The notes under the pieces: generated by a model
Seen by the model: only the letters and a program-made list of their open reading frames with translations
What the model was told of the DNA's origin: nothing
Databases searched by the model: none
Assembly (NCBI RefSeq): GCF_001194135.2
Contig: NC_068981.1
Coordinates: 20,878,042-20,942,041 of the forward strand
Direction: 5' to 3'
DNA length: 64,000 bases
From: Octopus bimaculoides
Lineage: Eukaryota
Program-made: the position numbers and the translations under genes
Part shown: piece after piece, positions 1 to 12,939 of the stretch
Position numbering within the stretch: the stretch's first letter is position 1
How the letters are laid out: the number at the start of each line of letters is the position of its first letter

Positions 1-285
1 CTTAAGCTGGTCGGCAAGCTGGCTAGAATCATTAGTGTGTCAGAGAAAATGTTTAGCGGCATTTCTTTCGCTCTTTATATTCAATGTTCAAAGCTTGCTG
101 TGGTCATCTTTATCTTTCATACTTTTAGGGTTGATAAACTAAAGTTCCAGTCAAGTATAGGCGTTGATATAATCAATTTTCCCCTTCCCTAAAATTGTTT
201 GTCTTGTGCAGTTGCAGATTTATAGTGTTAAGAAGCTCCTTGTATACACTTCTACCTAATACACACTTCTACCTGTACAAAATTT

Positions 286-478
286 GGTAATTTTTCAGAT
301 TAACACACGCGTGATCTTCACTAGAGTATTAGGGTATTAGGGTTACGGTTAGGGACGGAATTCCCTAACCCTAACCCCCTAACCCTAACCCCCTAACCCT
401 AAAACCGTAACCGTAACCCTAAACCCTAACCCTAACACCCTAGTGAAGATCGTGTGAGTGTTAATCTGAAAAATTACC
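286..478. mobile_element. Foldback/MITE-like element with internal telomere-type repeats
   Basis: 50-nt terminal inverted repeats (44/50 identical, first 21 nt perfect: GGTAATTTTTCAGATTAACAC) enclosing TTAGGG-type and CCCTAA-type arms around GGAATTCC. Confidence 0.75.
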
Positions 479-1844
479 CAACATTTTATCTGCATATACA
501 TCAAACTTTTTTATTCTTTTTTTATGGTTTTCAGTCATTGGCCTGTAGCCATGCCAGAGCACCACCTGATTCAATCCTAGAGCTTTGTCTGGTGCTTATT
601 TCTTCATTCTTCTAAGTTACGAACAGTCAGAGCATTTCTGTTTAAATGTACTGGTTTTTCTGATATAAACACACAAACACACACGCACATGATGGACTTC
701 TATATAGTCTCCATGTACAAAATTTCACTCAAGAAGTTAAGTGTACTCAAGGCTATGATGGTGTGTGCTGGGATTGGATCCACAACTGTGTGGTTGCAAT
801 GTGAACTTTTTAATTATGCAAATATTCTTACATTCTATATACTGTTAACTAAACATAATTAGCTACACACACTGCCATCTATACATATCTCCAAACAAAT
901 TTACAGTAGGAATTGTTTAAAGTGAGTTAAGGGTGACAGAAGTGAGTATGATAATGTCAATCTAGTTGATGTTTGGGTTCATTTAACATCTTGTAAGTCC
1001 CTTATTTTAGGAACAATAATCCAAGAACCAGTGATATATACCTTAGTTCATTGAATTGTACTCTGTCCTTACAAAATCTGGTCTTGTACTTTGTCACAAG
1101 AAACCGTGACATAAGACAGATAATTATTGGCAGTGTCCCACTTTTTACACACACACACACACACACAGTGTTTACTTTTCACACATTGATGGGATGGTCT
1201 ACTAGATGGTTGGTTAATCTGCTTGATTTTTATACAGTAATATACTTTGTCTTTTTTCTCTTCATACTTGTAGGACCCTATCATTTGTTTTATATACCTA
1301 AGTATAAAATAGACAGCATTCTTATTTTCAATTGAGTTTGAAGGAGATATATTTTACAATGAACTGCAATAATTGATAATCTAATAAAATGCTTGCTTTT
1401 AAATATCCAATCTCGGACTACATATAAATATATATAGCTGACAGATGATGTTGAAGCCACTATTGCATTAGCCCTCAGTGTTATTCATGTAACAGTTTAC
1501 AAATACTACAAACTACCTAAGATGCCATCTTCTATGTGTTATGATAATTTACTTACTTCACAATTGGGTGAGAAAGATTGTTTCTCCCACTATGGTTACT
1601 GGTACTGACAAAAGATAAGATAGTTGCAACCGAAACATTTTTGATTATAGATTTGTTTGGTCTCAGTGCTGACCTGTAGTTTAACAGCACATTCAGTTAC
1701 TATATATGCACAGATATGCATGTACAATAGTCACTTCTGACATACACCAGTCAATATTTACATACATCAGTCACTCTATACATTTATAACATTAACTAGA
1801 TACATAAAAGTTAGTGTATACAGAAATTTGCCGATGTCATGAGG

Positions 1845-3935
1845 ACCAGAGACTTGAAGGTTTCGTATTGCAAGACTGTGTGAGAGAGAATTGTGGTGTC
1901 ATACGAGAGAAATGTGTCCACATGGATGACGGTTCACTTGCATTTAATGATGCTGCAAAGAGAGAGACTTGGAGACGCCACCATGAAAGGTTGCTAAATG
2001 AAGAGAATGAATGGGAGAGAGTCTGCCAAATGTCGACCCAACAGAGGGACCAGCTATTCAGATTGACAGTACCTTGGTAGATAAAGCAGTTAAGGGTATG
2101 AAGATAGGGAAAGCCTCTGGCCTATCAGGAATCACTACTGAGATGCTTAAAATATCTGGCGGTGTAGGCTATTGTCTAGTTACCCGTATAGTCAATCAGG
2201 TGATACATGAAGGAGTCATACCCAATGACTAGTGTAGTAGCACCATAGTCAACTGCTACAAAGGTAAAGGTGATGCATTAGATAGGAATAATTAAAGAGG
2301 TATCATTTTGTTGGATCAGGTGATGAAAGTCATACAGAAGGTCAAAGCTAGGGAGAGAGTTAGTTTAGATGAGATACAGTTTGGGTTTGTGCCAGGAAGA
2401 AGCATCACTGATGCTGTATTTCTGGTAAGACAGCTGCAGGAGAAATTCCTAGCCAAGGATAAACCTTTATTCTTGGCTTTCACTGACATGGAGAAAGCTT
2501 TTGACAGGGTCCCCCGATCCCTTATCTGGTAGTCAATGCGGAAACTAGGGATAGATGAGTGGTTGGTGAGAGCTGTACAAGCCATGTACATGGATGCTGT
2601 CAGTAAGGTGAGGGTTGGCAATGAGTATAGTGAAGAATTCTGGGTAGAAGTAGGGTTCACTAAGGATCAGTCCTCATCCCCCTCTTGTTCATCATACTCC
2701 TCCATGCAATAACAGAGGAATTCAAGACAGGCTGCCTCTGGGAGCTCCTCTATGCTGATGACCTTTCTCTAATAGCTGAGTCACTACCATAACTAGACAC
2801 AAAGTTTCAGGTGTGGAAACAAGGTCTAGAATCAAAGGGCCTTAAAAATCAATCTACCAAAGACCAAAGTCTTAGTAAGTTGGAAGGCAGACAAATCATA
2901 AATCCCGTTAGGTCGATGGCCCTGCTTGGTCTGTAGAAAAGGCAAAGGTAGAAACTCCATAAGATGTACCCAGTGTAAGCTATGGAGACATAAAAGGTGC
3001 AGCAATATCAAAGGAAGGTTAACTGGGAAGATAGTTTTTGTGAGTGGCAGATGCATAGGGGCAATAAATACCAAAGATGTACGGAAAACAGATTCCATCA
3101 CATGCCAAGGGGAAAAACTACAAGTAGTTGATAGCTTCCATTACCTAGGTAGTGGCAGGTGGATGCTCTGAGAGTGTAGCTGCTAGAATAAGAATAGCCT
3201 AGGCAGAGTTCAGAGAGCACCTACCTCTGTTGGTAACAAAGGGCCTCTCACTCAGAGTAATAGGTAGACTGTATGATGCTTGTGTGCGAACAGTCATGCT
3301 ACATGGCAGTGAAACATGGGCTGTGATTGCTGAGGACATGCGTAGGCTTGAAAGAAATGAAGCTAGTATACTCCACTGGATGTGTAATGTCAGTGTGCAT
3401 ACATGACAGAGTGCAAGCGCCCTGAGAGAAAAGTTGGACTTAAGAAGCATCAGTTGTGGTGTGAGAAGAGAGACGACTGTGCTGGTATGGTCATGTGTTG
3501 CATATGGATGAGGACAGCTATGTGAAGAAGTGTCACACCCTAACAGTGGAAGGAACCTGTGGAAGAGGTAGACCCAGGAAGACATGGAATGAGGTGGTAA
3601 AGCACAACCTTCAAATGTTGTGTCTCACAGAGGCAATAATACGCGATCGAGACCTTTGGAGATATGCTGTGCTTGAGAATACCCGGCAAGCCAACTGGCC
3701 CATGCCAGTGTTGCATAACTGAACCATTTAAAAGTACCCTTCAGTCATCAGGCAATATGCTGTACTTGAGAAGACCTGTTGAGTCACGTGAAATTGTAGT
3801 CATGGTCGATGCTAGTGCTGCCTAACTGGCTCCCATGCTGGTGGCACATAAAAATCACCATTCATGTGTGGTCAATGCCAGTACTACTTGACTGGCCCCT
3901 GTGCTGGTGGTATGTGAAAAGCACCCACTACACCC
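1845..3935 (+). mobile_element. RTE-clade LINE, 5'-truncated, RT disrupted by stops and frameshifts, with 3' UTR
   Basis: ORF fragments with KGDAL, QFGFVPGRSITDAVF, MEKAFDRVP, YADD (2751-2762) and C-terminal GRGRPRKTW...RDRDLWRYAV. Confidence 0.92.
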
Positions 3936-5656
3936 ATACATACTTGATAAGATCCTTTCTATAAAGTTAAATGAAGTTAGAAATGTTTTAAAATTTCAAC
4001 AAAACAATGTGTGTCCACAGATTTGATATCCTTGAGATTAAATTCCACACAATTTAGTTCTTCATTCTGTCAATGATTCTGTTATATCTCACTAAATCTG
4101 AAGCTAGATTCTTCATGAAGCATTTTTCTATTTGTTTTGTTTCTTCAAGTCCAGTGTGGAATTCTCTGAAATGGCATTGTTGTGGGATCTGCCAATTCTG
4201 GAACAATAATTAGTGATAAAGATATAACTTGTTACAAAGTACTACAGTTACTTTATTGGAAAAATACTTCCATGTTTTTATTTATTTAATTATTTTTATT
4301 GTGCTCACCAGAAAAATGGAGAGAATTGCAAAATTTTCATATCATTTACCGATTTTATAGAATAAAATTTGTGAATCAATTAAAACAACATCAAACCATA
4401 TTTTCTTCCCAGAAAGCTTAAAACTAATTAAAAATATAGTGTTAGTGATCAGAGTCTTAAATGTATGGCAAAAAACTGACAACTAAAAATATTTATTATT
4501 ATTTTGCAATTAATAAATAAATATGACAGAATAGCATGTTCTTAATAACTACAATGATTCTATCAAGATGCAGCTGCTAATTAAAAATCACTCTTTATTA
4601 AAGCTTCATGATGTTCATAAATATATTTTCTATGGTATATTGTTTTTACATTGATGTATGTCTTATTTCTGTACTAAAATTTTCCATCAATCATTTTACT
4701 TTTTAAAACTCTTGAAGTTGTTTCTACACAGAATTAACATTGCTATACTGACAACTTTATCAGACAAATTCTATTGCTATAGTATTTACAGTGAATTGAC
4801 ACTTTTATGTTAATCACTTCATTGGCTCTAATTATTATCATAATGGTCTTCAAGGTGACAAGCTGGTAGAATCATTAGCATGCTGGATAAAATACTTAGT
4901 GTCATTTCTTCCAACACTTTATGTTCTGAGTTCAAATGTTACCAACATCAATTTTGCTTTTCATCCTTTTTGGGTTGATAAAATAAAGTACCAATGAAGT
5001 AGTAAAGTACTTGGGTTGATGTAATTAACTAACTCCTATACCCTAAATTACTGGCCTTGTGCCAAAATTTGAACTCATCAGTGTGGTCCGTACTCAAAAT
5101 CAAGATGTGTAATCTTTCTTTAATGAATGATGATATCAAAGATAGAAAACATGAAATTATGTGCTAAAGTCTAATTAGTCTCATACTTTAGCGTGGCCGT
5201 TGCCAGTACCTCCTGACTGGCCTTCATGCCAGTGGCACATAAAAGCAGCCACTACACTCTCGGAGTGGTTGGTGTTAGGAAGGGCATCCAGCTGTAGAAA
5301 CCCATGCCAAATCAGATTGGAGCCTGGTGTAGCCATCTGGTTCACCNNNNNNNNNNCCCATGCCAAATCAGATTGGAGCCTGGTGTAGCCATCTGGTTCA
5401 CCAGTCTTCAGTGAAATCGTCCAACCCATGCTAGCATGGAAAGCGGACATTAAACGATGATGGTGATGATGATGATTGGGCTGAAACTAAAGTGTATGCA
5501 ATAACTTCACGATAACTAACTCTCTCTACATCCATTGTTTTCCTTCTCTATTGCATCACTCTTATCTTATCAAAACAAATATTTCCCAGTATTAGGCTTC
5601 TTACTGCTATTTCACATCTAATGACTTAAATCTTCATTTTTTTTTTTCTTATATAG

Positions 5657-5746
5657 GTGACTGGTGGATCAAGTGGTATTGGTAAATCTGTGGCACTTTA
5701 TGTTGCTTCCAAAGGTGCAAATGTCACATTATTAGCCCGCAATCAG
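5657..5746 (+). CDS. KDSR: KDSR coding exon (equivalent to human exon 2), Rossmann TGGSSGIG motif
   Basis: ttcttatatag acceptor, gtttgt donor, 90 nt, phase 0/0. Encodes VTGGSSGIGKSVALYVASKGANVTLLARNQ, matching recalled human KDSR VTGGSSGIGKCIA...ITLVARNE. Confidence 0.96.
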
Positions 5747-5936
5747 GTTTGTATCAATTCATCTGTTAACACTTGAAACCTTTTTCTGTTAGATTTTGTT
5801 GTTGCTTAGTCTCATGTCAGCCCCGATCCAGATGGTAGGATATAATTATGTGGGTATTTGGCTGTTATTTGTAGAAGATCGAGTAGCTGCATAGAAACTC
5901 CTTCATTAGCTTGTGTGTATGTGTGTGTGTGTATAT

Positions 5937-6530
5937 AATAATAATGAAATTATTGTGTATAGTGCTCAGGTGCACTACAACTCATCAAAGGTGCATGTAC
6001 AGTTCATAGAATTATGTACAAAAGTCAGGAAAGTGAACAGTGTATGAGTCATGATATACATGCGTGTATGCATATGGAGGGGGGGGGGTATCAGGTGTAG
6101 TGTTGGCAAGTTTTCAGGAAACATGGAGGTTTTAAAGGATGAAATGTCTTGGCAACTAACAACTAATGCATATAGTTTGTTCCATGCTTCAGCAACTCTG
6201 AGTGTGAAAAAATGTTTCCAAAAGTTATGGGAGCTGTGCTGTTTTCTGACTCTGTAGGCATGCCCACGTGTGTTAGACACATGGAGCTAAAAAAGGTGCT
6301 CAAGGTGGTTGTTGGCATGATGGTTAATAATTTCGTGGATGTTTACCAAGTCAGTTGCCACACATTGGAGCTTCAATGTATCTATGGCCAGGGAAGCAAG
6401 TTGTTCAGAGTATGGTAGATGCCTGATGGAGGGTATTTGCTTGGTTGCACGTCTCTGAACAGTTTCCAGAAGGTCAATGTCCTGAGCAAGTTAGGGATTC
6501 CAGACTGGTGATGCAAATTCCAAGTGTGTG
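5937..6530 (-). mobile_element. CR1/L2-like LINE 3' fragment
   Basis: Reverse complement of the 3' end of the 17740-18930 copy (gtagtgcacctgagcactatacacaataatttcattatt). ORF reads KHFFTLRVAEAWNKL. Confidence 0.85.
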
Positions 6531-7228
6531 TGTGTGCACATATCATCATCACCGTTGCCATCATTTTAACTTCCACTTTTCCTGCTGCATGGGTTTGATG
6601 GAATTCATTGAGGCAAGTTTTCCATGACTAGATCTCCTTCCTGTTGCTAGACCTCATCTGTTTCCAAGTAAAATAATATTTCTTCAAAGCCAAGCATGTT
6701 TTTTTTTTATGAAAGATAGCAAATGAAGGACACTACTTGTGTTATTGTGTCACTCCTTTACAACTATTGTGAGACGTCAAGACAAGGAAACACAAGTACA
6801 CACACACTCACACACACGCATACACATACACACAGTGTATGCACACATACTCTGCATCACTGCCACATGTTACTAGTCATACTGCTACCACATATTACCA
6901 CCACATATTAACACCTCAAGTCATGAAATGAACCAGCAAACCTGCCTCTACTTGGTCAATTGACATACTAGCAATATCAACCAGATTTCATTCAAATTGC
7001 ACGCTATCATCTTGATAGAAAGGAACACACTAGAAAATGTAGTCCTAGATATGTAATATATGAGATAAAGATGTGGCGGTCACACCTGGAACACCTTTAA
7101 TTATAAGTCTGCTAGTCAGGACTGATCTGGGGGTTAAAAAATAATTATATATCACAACTAAACCTTACCACAATACACAACTACTTCATATTGCCAAACA
7201 TTATTACTTCTATAAAACTATCACCATC

Positions 7229-7445
7229 AAGGTGGTGAGCTGGCAGAAACGTTAGCATGCCGGGCAAAATGCTTAGCAGTATTTCGTCTGTCTTTACATT
7301 CTGAGTTCAAATTCCGCCAAGGTCGACTTTGCCTTTCATCCTTTTAGGGTCGATAAATTAACTACCAGTTGCATACTGGGGTCGATCTAATTGACTGGAC
7401 CCCCACCCCCCAAATTTCGGGCCTTGTGCCTAGAGTGGGAAAGTA
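7229..7445 (+). mobile_element. tRNA-like SINE family A, representative copy; others at about 1-215(+), 4850-5075(+), 17340-17500(-), 20860-21050(-), 54800-55005(-)
   Basis: Recurrent unit aaggtggtgagctggcagaa...gagttcaaattcc (B-box-like)...gactttgcctttcatcc...gtaccag. Confidence 0.85.
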
Positions 7446-7678
7446 TATATCTATCACTACCACAATACATCACCACACACTACTGCAATACACATATAAC
7501 TACTGATATTGTATATTTAACCATTCACTTAGATGAGTGTCTGCGGGCTATATCACTACCACCACTACAAATCACCACCACCAGTACAAACCACTACAAC
7601 CACTACCACTACCACCATCCCATCTCATCTCATCTCATGCTATAAACATGATATATTAATATCTGTTTTACTCTCCAG

Positions 7679-7735
7679 GAAAGACTCCAAACTGTAGCAG
7701 ATGAAGTACAGAAATGTTTTATTGATGAGCAACAG
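7679..7735 (+). CDS. KDSR: KDSR coding exon 3
   Basis: ctctccag acceptor, gtcagt donor, 57 nt. Encodes ERLQTVADEVQKCFIDEQQ. Same size as the recalled human exon. Confidence 0.9.
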
Positions 7736-9206
7736 GTCAGTCTTATTAAATTTTCTTAAGCTTTCTTTTTTCCACTATCTATATACACCATGTAGATATA
7801 ATTCATATTTACCTTGTGCCTCGAGGGTAAGCTCTCACCATCTCCCTTTCTTTCTATTTCTTTTCAACTGAAGAAACTGTGTGCACACCTACTGTGTCCT
7901 TCTACCATACTTTCACATCTTTCAATACTGCTTTCCACTCAGCTGAGAGGTCTTGTCTTGCGAGTACTTAGTGACCTCACTAATGCTGGTACCCCCCACC
8001 CCCACCCCCCAAAAAACAGTATACTCTGTAAAGTGGTTGGTGTTAGGAAGAGCACCTCACTGTAGAAACTATGCCAGAGCAGACATTGGAGCTTGGTGCA
8101 GCCTTCTGACTTGTCAGTTCCTGTCAAACCATCCAACCCATGCCAGTATGGGAAAGAGATGTTGAATGATGAAGTTGTTTGTACACATGATGCAAAAAGA
8201 TATTCACCAATTATTATATTTGGGTAGTGGGTAATGACTGCAGTCATACTGTTGTGTGTAATGACCCTGTCTTACATGAGTTGCAGACACAAGTGACTGC
8301 AGCCAACAGTACTTAGAGTGGGCTCCTGTCAAAGTTTATGGATGCTCTCACTCTTCAACTTTGAAATCCTGAGTTGGTATCTGACAGAGCCAATGTGTTG
8401 AGAAAGGAGGAGAGATGGGATACAAGGTTGTCAGCCTTTCCTTCAGTATTCAAACTGCTACAGAAACAATGGAGTCACCTAATGCTCTGTGAGAAGTGGG
8501 AGAAAATAAGACTACTTCCATATATGTGTGTGTGTGTGTGTGTATATCATCCTCATCACCATTTAATGTCTGTTTTCCATGCTGGCATGGGTTGAATGGT
8601 TTGATGAGAACTAACGAGCTGTAGAGCAATGTGTGTGTGTGTGTGTTTGGTGCTGACTGTCAGAAGAGAGCATACTCAGTATGCCTGTAGGTGCACAGGG
8701 TTTTACATTATGCATATACCATGTTGACACAATGTACAGCTATAGTCACCCATAAACATATCACATATATACATTATACACACCCCATTAACTTACCACT
8801 GAGACACTATATACGTACAAATATGATGTAAATACCACATAGATATCATATTGACACTATATTAATACCATATAGACACATGTCAAATCTCTTCTGTGAT
8901 GTATTTTTTATAGTTGTGTTACATCATTCTAATGTAACTGAAATGTTACAGAAGTCTTAGTGTGAGAACAGGTTGGTTGGTAGTTGCTCAAGTGACACAT
9001 TTTTAGGGTTACTATGATGGGTTACATAATAGCTGTTATTTCTAGCAGGTTTAGCAACCGTATAGAAATCCTATCATTAGTTCAAGTTCCTTCATTTGTT
9101 GATATTGTTGTTGAAAGACACTGGTAGTTAGGAATGATGAGAAAGACTAATAAATATAATGGAACTATCATCAATGTTACTATTTAATGAGACAGTATGC
9201 CCAGAC

Positions 9207-9680
9207 TCATCATCATCATCATCATCGTCGTTTAACGTCCGCTTTCCATGCTAGCATGGGTTGGACGATTTGACTGAGGACTGGTGAAACCAGATGGCTA
9301 CACCAGGCTCCAATCTGATTTGGTAGAGTTTCTACAGCTGGATGCCCTTCCTAACGCCAACTACTCAGAGAGTATAGTGGGTGCTTTTACGTGTCACCCG
9401 CACGAAGGCCAGTCAGGCAGTACTGGCAATGGCCACGCTCAAAAGGGTGTATTTTATGTGCCACCCGCACAAGAGCCAGTCCAGGGGCACTGGCAATGAT
9501 CTCACTTGAAAGTCCTTACACATGCCGCGGGCACAGATGCCATCACAATTTCGCTTTCGCTTGCCCCAATAAGTCTTCGCAAGCTGAGTTTCGTGTCCAA
9601 TGAGGGAGACGACGTTGGCATGGGTGCCAGTCGTCAAATCTAACTCGATTTCGATTTCACTTGCCTCAACAGGTCTACCG
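9207..9680 (-). mobile_element. RTE 3'-end-derived short retroposon (family C)
   Basis: (CAT)n-cgtttaacgtccgctttccatgctagcatggg...; near-identical to 13882-14205, 31132-31467, 55027-55194 and 24700-24900. Confidence 0.85.
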
Positions 9681-9864
9681 GTTACAAAAGTGTTCTTGGC
9701 TCGAAAAATAATTTTTGAAGGAAAAACATCTTTTGAAGAAATGGAATTTATAAAGACAAGTTGGATAAATTGTAACAGATTAATACAGTGGCAGTTAATA
9801 ATGTTCTAGAATAGGGCCAGTTGTATTTATATATCTGTAATAACACACACACACACACACACAC

Positions 9865-9911
<47 letters not shown>

Positions 9912-10302
9912 TCTTTGCAGCCTGCTACGCTTGAGAAAGTCATCTTAATATATAAAACTGAGAATGTGTGTCTGTCTGTGTGTCTGTGTGAATCCCTAAA
10001 ACTCGAGAACTACCCAACTGATTTCATTCTAATTATACACATGCCTTACTTAGGGATGTAGTGTCATGGGCCAAAAATAAATTTTCAGTTTCTTGCCTAA
10101 TGCGAGCCTGGAGCAATCTCTTATCTCTTACACTATTTCAGTATTACGTGTCAAAAGTGAAACAACAACACCCCTATCGTCATGTGAGATACTTTCAGTT
10201 TAATAGTTTTACTTTTAATACTAAAACTTATATTTGTTCTTGGGTTGAAGATAGTTCTACATATCTGAATATATGGTGCTATTTTATATTTTTCTATTCC
10301 AG

Positions 10303-10368
10303 AAAGTAGTTACAGCCTCAATTGACTTATCCAAAAGTTACCAAGATGTAGAGAATACCATGAAGAAG
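10303..10368 (+). CDS. KDSR: KDSR coding exon 4
   Basis: tttctattccag acceptor, gtaagt donor, 66 nt. Encodes KVVTASIDLSKSYQDVENTMKK. Confidence 0.92.
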
Positions 10369-11595
10369 GTAAGTCTTAAAGATTCTATTTTTTGTATTGG
10401 TTACATATAAAACATTTGACTTGGAAACAATTAGAAATCACTAAATGAAACAAATGACATTTTAAAACAAATGCTTTCAAATATCTTTAAAAAAATTATG
10501 AACTGGTATTGGGTACAAAAAATTTTTGATATTATTTCTGAATAACACCTGTTTAGTCTATATAATACTAAAATTCAGTCTGTTTTACTGTATGTATTTT
10601 CCTTATTTTTAGACTAAACTATACAATGTTGTGATAAAGGGTTTCTATTTTTGTTGTCTTTTCTCTAATTTTAAATGAAATTTTCACATCCTCTGGGTAG
10701 CTGACCTCTACAACAGTGCATCATATTTTATTCCTTGTCCCATAGAATAGTATCAAGCATATTACGCTTGCACTAGTTTGCTGTTTTTATTGTAATGTTC
10801 CATCAGATTTCCTTATTTTTAAAGGTGTGGATACAATTTGTTTCTACTGTGCCTTCATATAGCTAATAGAATAATCCTTCTTGTGGATAGCATCATAAAT
10901 GGTCTTAGCAACAATATTACGTCTCGTAAGAAGCTAGTAACTTGCAAACACTTTCAGACAGCTGCTGATGCTGTGGAGGATATCTATCACATTATTATTT
11001 AACATCCGTTTTCCATGCAAGTATGGGTTAGATGGTTTGACAGGAGCTGGCAAGTCAAGAACTGCACCAGGCTCCATTGTCTACTCTGGCATAGTTTCTA
11101 TGGCTAAATCCCCTTCCGAATATCAACCACTTTAAAGGTTGTACTGGATGGTTTTTATGTGAAACCAACACCAGCAGAGTCATCAAGTACTTGCAAGACA
11201 AAAACTTCTTGACGGGTAGAGGGAGTGGTATGGCATATCCCAGCTGAGGGGTCCTTGTCTTGCAAGTATTTAGTAATCCTTAAGTACTTGAATCTGAAAG
11301 CATCCTTATCTCTCATATAGATGATGTATTTAGTAGCTATCCTGTTCCTGGATTGCAAAGATATCATAGCTGTCTAGGTAAAATGTACTGTAGCTACCAT
11401 ATGTCTTGGTAAGGCTTCTCGTCCTGTCAAAATTGAGTGTATGAAGACCAAAGGTTTAGCTGTCGATCTGAATCAACCACATAATCACATGACTGAAACT
11501 CTAAACCTAAAAAACCAATATGTTAAAACATGCATTTATTTCCTAATTATACAATTTTCACAAACTTCTCTCCAAAATTGTTTTATTTTACAAAG

Positions 11596-11694
11596 GTTAT
11601 TGAAGACCAAGGGAAAGAAGTTGACATTTTAGTCAATTGTGCTGGAACATCCATGAGTGCTGACTTTGAAAAAACCAGTATTGATGATTTTAAG
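11596..11694 (+). CDS. KDSR: KDSR coding exon 5 (NCAG motif)
   Basis: ttttacaaag acceptor, gtaaac donor, 99 nt. Encodes VIEDQGKEVDILVNCAGTSMSADFEKTSIDDFK; lies within ORF 11530-11730. Confidence 0.95.
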
Positions 11695-11999
11695 GTAAAC
11701 AAACAGCTGTTGTTTCTGTTTGGTGTATAGTAAAGTATGTATAACAAAGAGTTGTGTTAAATGTTATTGTTTTTTTGTGATATTTTAAAATAAAAGTACT
11801 TTGTGTTCTAGATATATATGTGGTTAAGTTGAGCATATGTTTTGTTCAATCTCAACAATAACTTAAATGTAGTTTTATTCAGTTAAGATGTATTAAAACA
11901 GTGTTTTTAAGTAAAAATTTATAAATTTGGAATTTGGAAAAAGGATATAGAGTCAATTAATCTGATAATTAATATATATATGTATATCAATGCTCCCCG

Positions 12000-12325
12000 A
12001 CTGACACCTGTGCCAGTGGCACATAAGAAACACTATTTGAGTGTGGTTGATGCTAGTGCCGCCTGACTGGCTCCCGTGCCAGTAGTATGTAAAAAACAAC
12101 ATTCAAGCGTGGTTGATGCCAGTGCCACCTGACTGGCCCCCATGTTGATGGCATGTAAAAAGCACCCACTACACTCTTGGAGTGGTTGGCATTAGGAAGG
12201 GCATCCAGCTGTAGAAACCTTGCCAGATCATATTGCAGCCTCCTGGCTTGCCAGTCCTCAGTCAAACTATCCAACCCATGCCAGCATGGAAAGCGGACTT
12301 TAAACGATGATGATGATGATGATAT
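12000..12325 (+). mobile_element. Family C (RTE 3' end) copy with (GAT)n tail; other + copies at 5188-5478, 7960-8175, 16145-16495
   Basis: ...ggcattaggaagggcatccagctgtagaaa...catggaaagcggactttaaacgatgatgat. Confidence 0.85.
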
Positions 12326-12939
12326 ATATATTATTATTATTGAGTGAGAGAGCAGTGCATACCATCAAAGTGACACTGGGGTAAAACATATGAAGCCCAG
12401 TATACCCATCGTGACTACCTGTCTGATAAGGGTACACCAGGCATATGCATCACTACCATATGTGTGCGACGTAGTGATCTCATATCAAGATAAACAGTGC
12501 ATAACCTTGCAGGTGGGGCCCAGTTAGAATTTTCTTCAGGTCGAGTAGCTCATCCCACTCAAAAGGTCCCTGATTAAGGGTTGTTTAAGGATGATGAACA
12601 AAACACCCATGTTTCCAAAGGTGAATTATCGAAACCCCAAAGAACTCCTCACAACACATGGCTATGATGCTCCCCCACTACTTCTGCTTGTGATCGGAGA
12701 TGCACATATTGTCAGCCACCAAGGGACATGCTCAAGTGGTTAAGATCAAGCAACTGACAAGCAAATTTGTGGTTTTGAGCAGAATATTTACTGTAGCCCA
12801 TCTTTTATACCAAGACAAAACAATATTCATCTGTTCAAATCTTTAGGGATAGTTTTTAATGCACCTATAATTACAGGGATACATTTTACTTGCACTTTCC
12901 TTAGCCTCTATAAGTCAATGGCTAGGTTCTGGAATTCTG

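Noticed and set aside
1051-1335. Hydrophobic ORF as the missing KDSR exon 1
   Set aside because: No phase-0 donor and no PKP...HVV-like ending. The gtaagt/gtgagt donors at 922, 942 and 993 have in-frame stops just upstream. The hydrophobicity reflects T-richness.
5301-5402. Perfect 46-bp direct repeat
   Set aside because: The two copies flank a 10-N gap; this is a typical unmerged contig overlap artefact.
7229-7330. tRNA gene
   Set aside because: A/B-box-like motifs belong to multi-copy SINE heads; no cloverleaf or terminator.
9284-9637. Recurrent ORFs such as FLQLDALPNANHSESVVGAF (also 13949, 31234, 5181, 12053)
   Set aside because: Translations of the same repeat family, not a protein-coding paralog family.
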